Part shown: positions 1 to 9,478 of the stretch, piece by piece
How positions within the stretch are numbered: position 1 is the stretch's first letter
Layout of the letters: each line of letters begins with the position of its first letter
DNA from: Malacoraja senta
Taxonomy: Eukaryota
Assembly (NCBI GenBank): GCA_038087875.1
Contig: JAXLNO010000676.1
Location: forward strand, 61,825-81,824
Reading direction: 5' to 3'
DNA: 20,000 bases
Notes under the pieces: generated by a model
The model's database searches: none
The model's input: the letters and a program-made list of their open reading frames with translations, nothing else
What the model was told of the DNA's origin: nothing
Translations under genes and position numbers: made by a program

Positions 1-236
1 ACTCTCTGTGAGAAAAAGTGTTTCCTCGTCTCCGTTCTAAATGGCTTACCCTCTATTCATAAACTGTGGCCCCTGGTTCATTTAGTTATCATTTCAGCAA
101 GCATCATGTAACCATCCACAATACAGTTAGACCACTAACCACACACTATCAGTACAAGCCTTATATAGTTTCCTGCCACCCTGTCGCACCAAATACCACC
201 CTCTGGCTCATTCTATGAGGAGAGCCAAATTAGCTG

Positions 237-542
237 TTTAGCTTAGAGATACAGCGCAGAAACAGGCCCTTTGGCCCAGCGAATCTGCGCCGACCAGCGA
301 TCACCCCGTCCACTAGTACTATCCTGCACGCAAGGCACAATATACAACTTTACCGAAGCCAATTAACCTACAAACCTGTGCTTCTTTGGAGCGTGGGAGG
401 AAAGCGGAGCACGCGGAGAAAGCCCACGCAGGTCACGGGGGAGAACGCACAAACTTCATACAGACAGCACCCGTAGTCATGATTGCACCCGTAGTCAGAG
501 TCTCTGGCGCTGTGAGGCAGCAACTCTAACGCTGCGCCACTG
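237..542 (-). mobile_element. tRNA-derived SINE (HE1/V-SINE-like)
   Basis: Reverse complement of the GTGGCGCAGCG A-box head, V-domain GTTTGTRCGTTCTCCCCGTGAC, and tail GGGCCTGTTTC..TGTATCTCTAA. A 13-bp internal duplication replaces the B box. Confidence 0.85.
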
Positions 543-559
543 GAAAGCAAATAGGAAAG

Positions 560-1045
560 GTGCTTCAGCAGCCCATCAAGCCTACTCCGCCATTCAATCG
601 TGGCTGATCTATCTCTCCCTCCTAACCCCATTCTCCTGCCTTCTCCCCATAACCCCCGACACCCGTACTTAACCATGGATCTGCCAACCTGCACCTTAAA
701 AATACCCACTGCCTTGGCTTCCATTGCAGTCCGTGGCAAAGAATTCCACAGATTCACCACCCTCTGACTAAAGAAATTCCTCCTCGTCTCCTTCCTAAAG
801 GTATGTTCCTTTGATGGAATCAAGAGATATGGGGAGAAAGCAGGAACGAGGTACTGATTGGGGATGATCAGCCAAGATCATATTGAATGGTGGTGCTGGC
901 TCGAAGGGCCGAATGGCCTGCTCCTGGCCTCTATGTTTCTATGTCTATGTTTCTATGTTTTATTCTGAGGCTACGGCCTCTGGTCTTAGACTCTCCCACT
1001 GGGGTAAATATCTCTCCGCATCCACTCTATCCAGGCCTTTCATTT
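560..1045. mobile_element. Cluster of CR1 LINE 3' fragments in alternating orientation (560-812 -, 812-960 +, 960-1045 -)
   Basis: RRNFFSQRVVNLWNSLP motif and 3' UTR CATGATTGAATGGCGG / GGGCCGAATGGCCT. Confidence 0.8.
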
Positions 1046-1280
1046 TTCGATCCTGACTGCGGGTGCTGTCTGTACGGAGTTTGTACGTTCTCCCTGTGAC
1101 CGTGTGGGTTTTCTCCGGGTGCTCCGGTTTCCTCCCACACTCCAAAGACGTACAGGTTAATTGGCTTCGGTAAAATTGTAAATTGTCCCTAGTGTGTAGT
1201 ATAGCGCGAGTGTACGGGGAGATCGCTGGTCGGCGCGGATTTGGTGTGTGGAAGGCCTGTTTCTGTGCTGCTTCTCTAAA
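1046..1280 (+). mobile_element. HE1-like SINE, 5'-truncated
   Basis: Begins at the B box TTCGATCC; V-domain and tail present. Confidence 0.85.
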
Positions 1281-1324
1281 GTCCAAAGTGTACAGCAAGC
1301 TTCCTGAGAAAATTTGGTTTTGAT

Positions 1325-1632
1325 TAGTTTAGTTCAGAGATACAGCGAGGAAACAGGCCCTTCGGTCCACCGAGTCCGCGCCGACCAGCGACCTCCGCTC
1401 GCTAACACTATCCTGCACACACTAGGGACAATTTACTATTTTACCGAAGCCTATTAACCTACAAACCTGCACGTCTTTGGAGCGCGGGAGGAAACCGGAG
1501 CACCCGGTGAAAACCCACGCAGGTCACGGGGAGAAAATACAAACACCGTACAGACAGCGCCCGTAGTCAAGATCAAACCCGGGTCTCTGGCGCTGTGAGG
1601 CAGCAACTCTACTGCTGCGCCACCGTGCCACC
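1325..1632 (-). mobile_element. HE1-like SINE, full length
   Basis: Complete head to (CTAAA)n tail on the minus strand. Confidence 0.88.
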
Positions 1633-1720
1633 AGAAGGTGTGTAGGATAGTGCTAGTGCACGGGGGTGAACGCTGGTCGGCGTGGACTTGGTGGGCCGAA
1701 GGTCCTGATTGCGAAGGGCC

Positions 1721-2047
1721 AGGATGTTTCCACTGGTGGGAGAGTTTACCACTAGAGGTCACAGCCTCAGAAGTAAAGGACGTTCCTTGAGGAAGGAGAT
1801 GAGGAGGAATTTCTTTAGTCAGAGGGTGGTGAATCTGTGGAATTCTTTGCCACAGAAGGCTGTGGAGGCCGTCAATGGATGTTTTTAGGGCAGAGATAGA
1901 TAGATTCTTGATTAGTGCGGGTGTCAGGGGTTATGGGGAGAAGGCTGGAGAATGGGGTTGTGAGGGAAAGATAGATCAGCCATGATTGAATGGCGGAGTA
2001 GACAATGGGCTAATTCTGCTCCTATCACTTATAACCTTATATAACTT
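1721..2047 (+). mobile_element. CR1 LINE 3' fragment inserted in a SINE tail
   Basis: RMFPLVGE..RGHSLR..RRNFFSQRVVNLWNSLPQKAVEA plus 3' UTR. The SINE tail resumes at ~2048. Confidence 0.82.
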
Positions 2048-2069
2048 ATTCTGTGCTGTATATCTAAAC

Positions 2070-2283
2070 TCATAAGGTCATAAGTAATTCTGAGGCTATG
2101 ACCTTTGGTCCTAGACTCTCCACCAGTGGAACCATCCTCTCCACATCCACTCGATGCAAAGCCATTCACTATTCTGCACGTTTCGATGAGGCCCCCTCTC
2201 GCTCTTCAAAACCCCCAGCGAGTACAGGCCCAGCCCCGACAAACGCTCATCATAGGTTAATCTGACTCATTCCTGGGATCATT
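2070..2283 (-). mobile_element. CR1 LINE fragment
   Basis: Minus strand MIPGMS..LTYDERLSGLGLYSL...VDVERMVP. Confidence 0.75.
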
Positions 2284-3114
2284 TAGTCTCGATAAGTCTA
2301 GTCTGAGGATAAGTGGAAGGTCTGAAGAAAGATTCTTTGGGAACCTTTGGTGCGGAACAACTGGGCGGCAGGGCGACCACTCTCCTCCGCAGTTTGGCAC
2401 ACGCCGACACTACCGGACCATCTGGCCCCCTGAGCTAAACAACAAAAAACTCCACAGGAAGACATCTGCTCGGTTTCTGACTAATTCTGTAGAACGATAA
2501 TCAATTGGACACCAACAGGCTCCTTTATCAGCAGATACATCGCCCCATTTTTAAACCTTCGAATCTAGAAGGTTGATTGTGGTTTAAATATTAAAAGATT
2601 TGTCGAAGTAGATACAGGAAAATCGCTTCTGTTTTTTTCCCCCCCACCCACCCACCCATAGAAGAGGAAGTTAGTTCAGAGCAAAGCCCTTCACAAAGCA
2701 AACCTGTAAACACTTAAGAATCATAAGAGTCATACAGTGTGGAAACAGGCCCTTCGGCCCAACTTTCCCACACCGGCCAACATGTCCCAGCTAAATCTTT
2801 GATGTATTCAAGAGAGAGTTAGCTATAGTCTCAGGGCTAATGGAATCAAGGGGTATGGGGAGAAAGCAGGAATGGGGAACTGATTTTGGATGATCAGCCA
2901 TGATCATATTGAATGGGCGGTGCTGGCTCAAAGGGCCGAATGCGCTTGTTCCTCACCTATTTTCAATGTTTCTATGTCTATATTACATTAGTCTACACTG
3001 CACTAGTCCCACCTGCCTGCGTATGGCCCACATCCCTCATACACTTCCCCAACACAGAAAACAAAAACAAAGTGCTGGAGTAACTTAGCGGGTCAGGCCG
3101 TATCTCTGTAGGAT

Positions 3115-3429
3115 CACGGTGGCGCAGCGGTAGAGTTGCTGCCTCACAGCGCCAGAGACCCGGGGTCGATCCTGACTACGGGTGCTGTCTACAAACGGTT
3201 GTACGTTCTCCCCGTGACCTGCGTGGGGTTTTTCTCCGGGACCTCCGGTTCCCTCCCACATTCCAAAGACGTGCAGGTTTGTAGGTTAATTGGCTTGGTG
3301 TAAATGTAAAATTGTCACTAGTGCGTGTAGGGTAGTGTTGGTGTGCGGGGGGGGGGTCGCTGGTCGGCACGGACTTGGTGGGCCGAAGGGCCTGTTTCCG
3401 CGCTGTATCTCTAAACTAAACTAAACTAA
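3115..3429 (+). mobile_element. HE1-like SINE, full length
   Basis: A box TGGCGCAGCGG (3120), B box GGGTCGATCC (~3163), V-domain and (CTAAA)n tail. Confidence 0.9.
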
Positions 3430-3546
3430 GACATGGACAGGCGACATTTTGGGTCGGGACCCTTCGTCAGACTGATTGGAATGGTGCTGGGAGGGGGATG
3501 GAAACGGGCACAGGTGGAGACGGGGCAAAGTGTGAAGAGTGATAGC

Positions 3547-4272
3547 TTTATATCAACGGGTCGATGGTGGAAAGGGTCAAGAACTTCAAATTCCTGGGCG
3601 TGCACATCTCCGAAGATCTCTCCTGGTCCCAGAACACTGATGCAATTATAAAGAAAGCACATCAGCGCCTCTACTTGCTGAGAATATTACGGAGAGTCGG
3701 ATTGTCAAGGAGGACTCTCTCTAACTTCTACAGGTGCACAGTAGAGAGCATGCTGACCGGTTGCATCGTGGCTTGGTTCGGCAACTTGAGCGCCCTGGAG
3801 AGGAAAAGACTACAAGGAGTAGTAAACACTGCCCAGTCCATCATCGGCTCTGACCTCCCTTCCATCGAGGGGATCTACAGTATGGCAGTCGCTGCCTCAA
3901 AAAGGCTGGCAGCATCATCAAGGACCCACACCATCCTGGCCACACACTCATCTCCCTGCTACTTTCAGGTAGAAGGTACAGGAGCCTGAAGACTGCAACG
4001 ACCAGGTTCAGGAATAGCTGCTTCCCCACAGACATCAAGCTATTAAACTCAACTCATACAAAACTCTGAATATTAATAGCCCATTATCTGTTTATTTGCA
4101 CTTTATCAGTTTATTTATTCATGTGTGTATATATTTATATAATGGTATATGGACACACTGATCTGTTCTGTATTCATGCCTACTATATTCTGTTGTGCTG
4201 AAGCAAAGCAAGAATTTCATTGTCCTATCTGGGACACATGACACTAAACTCTCTTGACTCTCTTGAATCTTG
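3547..4272 (+). mobile_element. Rex1/Babar-clade LINE 3' fragment
   Basis: ORF 3564-3989 VERVKNFKFLGVHISEDLSWS...KKAHQRLYLLR...FYRCTVESMLTGCIVAWFG...LPSIEGIY, then frameshift to IIKDPHHPGH...RFRNSCFP. AT-rich 3' UTR and CTTGA-repeat tail. Confidence 0.88.
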
Positions 4273-4606
4273 GATAGAGGTGAGAGGGCGGGGGTCGATG
4301 ACGCAGATGGGTGGAGATGGAAAGACAAAAGGCAGTGAGCTATGGAGAGAAGAGGTACAAAATGTGAAGCCAGAGGAAAGGATGTAGGTGAGAGGGAATG
4401 GAGGGGGGGGGGGGGCTGGAGTGAGAGACTGGGTGGGGGCAGGGTAGGGAGCAGGATAGTGGGATAAATAGGGCAACCAGGTGGGACACAGGGGAGGGGG
4501 AGATGGGGGAGGGTTACCTAAAATTGGAGAATTCAATGGAAATACCGCTGGGCCGTGAGCTGCCCAAGCGGAATATGAGGCGCTGTTCCTCCACTTTGCG
4601 TTTGGT

Positions 4607-5395
4607 CATAAGGTCATAAGTGATAGGAGTAGAATTAGACCATTCGGCCCATCAAGTCTACTCCGCCATTCAATCATGGCTGATCTGTCTCTCCCTCCTA
4701 ACCCCATTCTCCTGCCTTCTCCCCATAACCTCTGACTCCCGTACTGATCAAAAATCTATCTATCTCTGCCTTAAAAAACATCCACTGACTTGGCCACCAC
4801 AGCCTTCTGGGTTCTCTCCCCATTTAGAAAATAGTCTACGCCTTTATTCCTATGACCAAAATGCATCACGCCAGACTTTGCTGCACTGTATTCCATCTGC
4901 CACTTCTCCGCTCACTCTCAGAGCGTGTCAGAGGTTACGACAAGGCAGGAGAATGGGGTTAAGAGGGAGAGATAGATCAGCCATGATTGAATGGCGGAGC
5001 AGACCTGATGGGCCGAATGGCCTCATTCTGCTCCTATCACATGACCTTATGACTTTAGAGATACGGCACTGAATAAGTCAAGGTCATAAGTGATAGGAGC
5101 AGAATTATGCCATTCGGCCCATCAAGTCTATTCTGTCATTCAATCATGGCTGATCTATCTTCCCTCTCAACCTTAGTCTCCTGCCTTCTTCCTGTAACCC
5201 CTGACACCTGCACTAGGATCTATCTATCTCTGCCTTAAAAACATCCATTGACTTGGCCTCCACAACCTCCTGTGGCAAATAATTCCACAGATTCACCACC
5301 CTCTGACTAAAGAAATTCCTCCTCATCACCTTCCCAAAGGAACGTCCTTTAATTCTGAGGCTATCACGTCTAGGCGTAGACTCCCCCACCAGTAG
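4607..5395. mobile_element. Cluster of CR1 fragments (4607-4920 -, 4920-5052 +, 5078-5395 -)
   Basis: 3' UTR/tail repeats CATAAGGT, RT end motif KWQMEY...VMHFG at ~4812-4915, and RRNFFSQRVVNLWN at ~5280-5325. Confidence 0.78.
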
Positions 5396-5493
5396 CCTGG
5401 CCCTTCGGCCCTTCCGAATCAGGCCCTTCGGCCCACCGAGTCCACGCCGACCAGCGATTGCCCCGTGCACTTGCACTATGCCACACACCTTCT

Positions 5494-5692
5494 GGCGGCA
5501 CGGTGGCACAGCGGTAGAGTTGCTGCCTCACAGCGCTAGAGATCTGGGTTTGATCCTGACTACGGGTGCTGTATGCACAGAAGTTGTGCGTTCTCCCCGT
5601 GATCTGCGTGGGTTTTCTCCGATATCACCAGATTCCTCCCACACTCCAAAGACGTACAGGTTTTTAGGTTAATCAGCTTGGTATACTTGTAA

Positions 5693-5737
<45 letters not shown>

Positions 5738-5820
5738 GATAGTGTTAGTGTGCGGGGATCGCTGGTCAGTGTGGACTCGGTGGGCCGACGGGCCTGTTTC
5801 TGTGCTGTATCTCTGAACTT
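5494..5820 (+). mobile_element. HE1-like SINE, full length, with expanded TG tract
   Basis: GGCGGCACGGTGGCACAGCGG head through GTATCTCTGAAC tail. Confidence 0.88.
5695..5734. repeat. (TG)20 microsatellite
   Basis: Perfect dinucleotide run at the GTGTGT site of the SINE. Confidence 0.95.
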
Positions 5821-6145
5821 TATCTGTAAACTAAGCCTGCATTCTTCTTACAGAGAGGGTGGCACGTCGCTAGAATCCTTATCGCAGAGGGCAGTGAGTC
5901 TCTGGAATTCTGAGTTGAGTTCTTTGTCAGTATTTAAAGTGAGTTCTCTGTCAGTATTTAAGAGGTGGATAGATTTTTGCAGAATCAGCGGCCTGGGGAA
6001 GAAGCACAGACGATGCCTGGATCAGGTCAGCTCCAATTGTATTGAATGGTGGGTAAAACTTGATGGGCCCAGGTGGCATCCTCCTGCTGGAGACTTTAGA
6101 CTTAGAAGGGTGGCACGGTGGCGCAGTGGTAGAGTTGCTCCCTTA

Positions 6146-6621
6146 AGGGGCTGTCCCACTTGGGCGACCTAATTGGCGAGTTTAGAAGAGTTTAAAAAAA
6201 ATGCAATGTTGAAGACCTCCTTCGACTATGTTGAAGACTAGCTACGACTAACTTCGGGAAAATTGGACACCGAATAGTGGAGAGTGAAGACGACCTCCTT
6301 CGACCTCCCTTCGACTATGATGAAGACTATCGACGACAGCCTTCGACTACCCTCAATTACCTACGACTAACATGCCGACCTACTACGGCTAAACCTACGA
6401 GTAAACAAAGTATTGATTTTTTCCATGGCGACCCTTTTTTAACATATTGGAAAAAAAACGCCGCGACCTATCTGAGGCCTCGAGTACGCGGGGACTACTA
6501 TCGAGCATGAAGGAGAGTTACGAAGACCTCCTAAGACCTCGTGTCGACCATGCTGCGAGTATGAGTCCAGGGCAAACTCGCCAGAACTCGCGGATTAGGT
6601 AGCCCAAGTGGGACAGGCCCT
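6146..6621. mobile_element. Non-autonomous DNA transposon (MITE), PIF/Harbinger-like
   Basis: TIRs AGGGGCTGTCCCACTTGGGCGACCTAAT / ATTAGGTAGCCCAAGTGGGACAGGCCCT. 3-bp TSD TTA (6143-6145, 6622-6624). It splits a SINE head (CC-TTA-CAGCGCC). Internal degenerate GACTA/GACCT repeats. Confidence 0.85.
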
Positions 6622-6854
6622 TTACAGCGCCAGAGACCCAGATTTGTAAACACTTAGAGTCACAGAGGGATACAGAGTGGAAACAGGCCGTTCGGCTCAA
6701 CTTGCCCACACCGGCCAACATGTCCCAGCTGCACGAGTCTACACTGCACTAGTCCCACCTGCCTGCGTTCGGCCCACATCCCTCACACACTTCCTCAACA
6801 CAGAGAAACAAAGTGCTGGAGTAACTCAGCGGGTCAGACCTTATCTCTGGACGT

Positions 6855-7141
6855 ACGGTGGCGCAGTGGTGCAGCGGTCGAGTTGCTGCCTCACAGCGCC
6901 AGAGACCCGAGTTCGATCCTGTACGGAGTTTGTACGTTCTCCCCGCGACCCGCGTGGGTTTTCTCCTGGTGCCCCCGGTTTCCTCCCACACTCCAAAGGC
7001 GCGCAGGTTTGCAGGCTAATGAGCTTGATAAAATTGTGAAAATTGTCCCAAGAGTGTGTGGGATTGTGCCGGTGTGCGGGGATCGCTGGTCGGTGTGGAC
7101 TCGGTGGGCGGAAGGGCCTGTTTCCGTGCTGTATCTCTAAA
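6855..7141 (+). mobile_element. HE1-like SINE
   Basis: Head, B box GTTCGATCC, V-domain and tail. Confidence 0.85.
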
Positions 7142-7197
7142 GTAATGTACTGATGTAAAGCTAGTTGGATTAGTCTCAATTTCCCAGTTCAAGTACA

Positions 7198-7350
7198 TAA
7201 GTAGTAAGTAAGTAAGTAAGTTTATTGGCCAAGTATTCACATACAAGGAATTTGCCTTGTTGCTCCGCCCACAAGTAACAACATGACATACAGTGACAGT
7301 TACGAATGACTCAGAAAACACTAAACATTAATAATAATAATAAAACATAT
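7198..7350 (-). mobile_element. 3' UTR/tail of a non-LTR element (probably Rex1/Babar-like)
   Basis: Minus strand ends CAATAAA(CTTA)n. Confidence 0.5.
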
Positions 7351-7389
7351 TGACATAGAATAAGACATAGAATATTACAGCACAGGATT

Positions 7390-7890
7390 AGCTTGAACAG
7401 AATTCTCCAATTTTAGGAAATTAATCCACACACAGCCCCCTTCCCCTCTCTTTTCTTCCCCCCCCCACCCCTGAAGTTACTCTAGCACTTTATGTCCTGT
7501 TGTGTATTTGTCAGCACCTGCAGTTCCTTGCTTCTCCATCTCTACCCTTTCCTTGAACCCTGGCTGACCTTGCACTGGTTTCTCTCCCCCCCCCCCCTCC
7601 ACCCCCCATTCCTTCTACCGGCTTCACATTTCACAACCTTTCCCTCCTCAAGCTTCACAATTCACAACTCTATCCTTATTGGGCTCACACTTGTCTTCTC
7701 ATCTCCGGCCTTTATCCAACAATCTGCCTATCGAGGAACCTCCCTGGCCTGCGTTCACGTATTACCCGCCATGCTCTGTCCTGCCCCTCGTCTCTTCCAA
7801 CTTTCTTTCCTGCCCCCCCCCTCCCCCTCCCCCATCTGACGAAGGGACTTGACCTGAAGCGTCACCTATCCATGTTCTCCAGAGATGCTG
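7390..7890 (+). mobile_element. Degraded PLE 3' fragment
   Basis: GAATTCTCCAATTTTAGG ORF end, C/T-rich tract, and terminal CTGACGAAGGGACTTGACCTGAAGCGTCACCTATCCATGTTCTCCAGAGATGCTG. Confidence 0.7.
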
Positions 7891-8140
7891 GGACCCGGGT
7901 TCCATCCTGACTGCGAGTGCTGTCCATGTGGAGTTTGTACGTTCTCCCCGTGAGTTTTCTCTGGGTGCTCTAGTTTCCTCCCACACTCAAGGTTTGTAGG
8001 TTAAGTGGTTTTTAGTAAAAATTGTAAATTGTCCCTAGTGTCCAGGATAGCGATAGTGTACGGGGATTGCAGGTCGGTGCGGGCTCAGTGGGCCGAAGGG
8101 CCTGTTTCCGTGCTGTTTCTCCAAACTAAACTAAACTAAA
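7890..8140 (+). mobile_element. HE1-like SINE, 5'-truncated
   Basis: From GACCCGGGTTCCATCC to the (CTAAA)n tail. Confidence 0.8.
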
Positions 8141-8387
8141 AAGGTTTTCACAGTATCTCGGTACACGTGACAATAATAAACTAAACTAAACTAAACTAAG
8201 GCGCATTGGCCTACAACCTCTGTGCCGATGAATATAATTCAAGGTTGCGTGACATTAGTCAGTCCAACTCCAAACACAACAATCTTAACGACCCCAGATA
8301 TAATGTGAAGATCTCGTCGGGGGTACGAGCGCGCTTCACATTCAGAAGACCCCAGTCACACTTCTAGGGGCGGCACAGTGGCGCAGC

Positions 8388-8632
8388 AATAGACAATAGA
8401 CAATAGGTGCAGGAGTAGGCCATTTAGCCCTTCGAGCCAGCACCGCCATTCAATGTGATCATGGCTGATCATCCCCAATCAGTACCCCGTTCCTGCCTTC
8501 TCCCCATATCCCCTGACTCCGCTATTTTTAAGAGCCTTATCTAGCTCTCTCTTGAAAGCATCCAGAGAACCTGCCTCCACCGCCCTCTGAGTCAGAGAAT
8601 TCCACAGACTCACCACTCTCTGTGAGAAAAAG
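8388..8632 (-). mobile_element. CR1 3' fragment inserted into a SINE head (8367-8387, resuming ~8636)
   Basis: FFSQRVVSLWNSLTQRAVEAGSLDAFKRELDKAL and a (CTATTGT)n tail. Confidence 0.82.
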
Positions 8633-8831
8633 TACAGTTGCTGCCTCACAGCACCAGAGACCCAGTCGGGTTCGATCCCGACTACGATCTCCCTTGATAC
8701 TCCACAGACTCCCACTGCTGTCTCGACAATACTTAGTACGGGTGTCCAAGGTTGTGAGGGGGAGAAGGCAGGAGAATGGGCTTGAGAGGGAAATGTAGAT
8801 GTTCCTCTCAACCCCATTCTCCTGCCACAGT

Positions 8832-9155
8832 CACGGTGGCGCAGCGGTAGAGTTGCTGCCTTACAGCGAACGCAGCGCCGGAGACCCGGGTTTGATCCCG
8901 ACTACGGGTGCCGTCTGTACGGAGTTTGTACGTTTTCCCGGCGAACTGCCTGTGTGTTTTCTCCGAGTACTTCGGTTTCCTCCCACACTCTAAAGACGTA
9001 GAGGTTTGTAGGTCAATAGGCTTGGTATAATTGTAAATTGTCCCTAGTGTGTGTGTGTGTGTAGGATAGCGTTAGTGTGCGGGGATCGCTGGTCGGCGTG
9101 GACTCGGTGGGCCGAAGGGCCTGTTTCCGCGCTGTGTCTCTGAACTAAATTAAAT
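8832..9155 (+). mobile_element. HE1-like SINE, variant subfamily
   Basis: Full head with an extra AACGCAGCG segment, V-domain and tail. Confidence 0.85.
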
Positions 9156-9199
9156 TACATGAGACGACCGAGAAACAATACTGTTTCACTCTGGGGGGG

Positions 9200-9455
9200 A
9201 AACGTGATCCTCCTATCTTTGTGTGAAAGGGTTATTGGCTTTCTCGGTTTACACACAAAAAGAAAAACAAAATATTTTTCTAAAGAGATTAAATCGTGGA
9301 AGAATAACCACGAGAAAGGTTGGGCTGAACTGGGACCAGAGAAACAATCTTGTGCAGAAATGATACCAAACGAGTACTTTGTATCAGTCTTCACGAAGGA
9401 ACATAATACTGCCAATATAGCAGAGTTAAAGAGAGCAACAATGATGATACTGTAG
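9200..9455 (+). mobile_element. Old CR1 ORF2 internal (linker) fragment
   Basis: NEYFVSVFTKE resembles the CR1 motif LNEYFASVFTKE. A paralogous minus-strand copy lies at 16305-16455 plus 16926-17045. Confidence 0.6.
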
Positions 9456-9478
9456 AAAGACACAACTTGCTGAAGTTA

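Larger units (their letters stand above)
3062..4605 (-). mobile_element. Older PLE 3' fragment split by a SINE (3115-3429) and a Rex1/Babar LINE (~3547-4272)
   Basis: Terminal repeat 3062-3110 resumes at 3430. Region 4515-4605 reverse-translates to KVEEQRLIFRLGSSRPSGISIEFSNFR, homologous to the GIY-YIG end at 19707-19790. Confidence 0.8.

Noticed and set aside
2318..2335. GGTCTGAAGAA as a hammerhead start
   Set aside because: No stem II or GAAA follows.
2330..2700. Unassigned segment with a minus-strand acceptor-like TTTTTTGTTGTTTAG near 2435-2449
   Set aside because: There is no convincing donor or recognisable peptide, so an exon cannot be supported without RNA data.
3115..3180. tRNA-like A/B boxes
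   Set aside because: They are SINE heads; no complete cloverleaf is evident.
6200..6400. CRISPR-like or coding repeat (77-aa ORF)
   Set aside because: The repeats are degenerate and irregular, lie inside a MITE, and have no unique spacers or cas genes; the context is eukaryotic.
368..7179. Many 60-150-aa ORFs with recurring peptides (GAAVELLPHSARD, RRNFFSQRVVNLWN)
   Set aside because: These are translations of SINE and CR1 fragments, not host genes.
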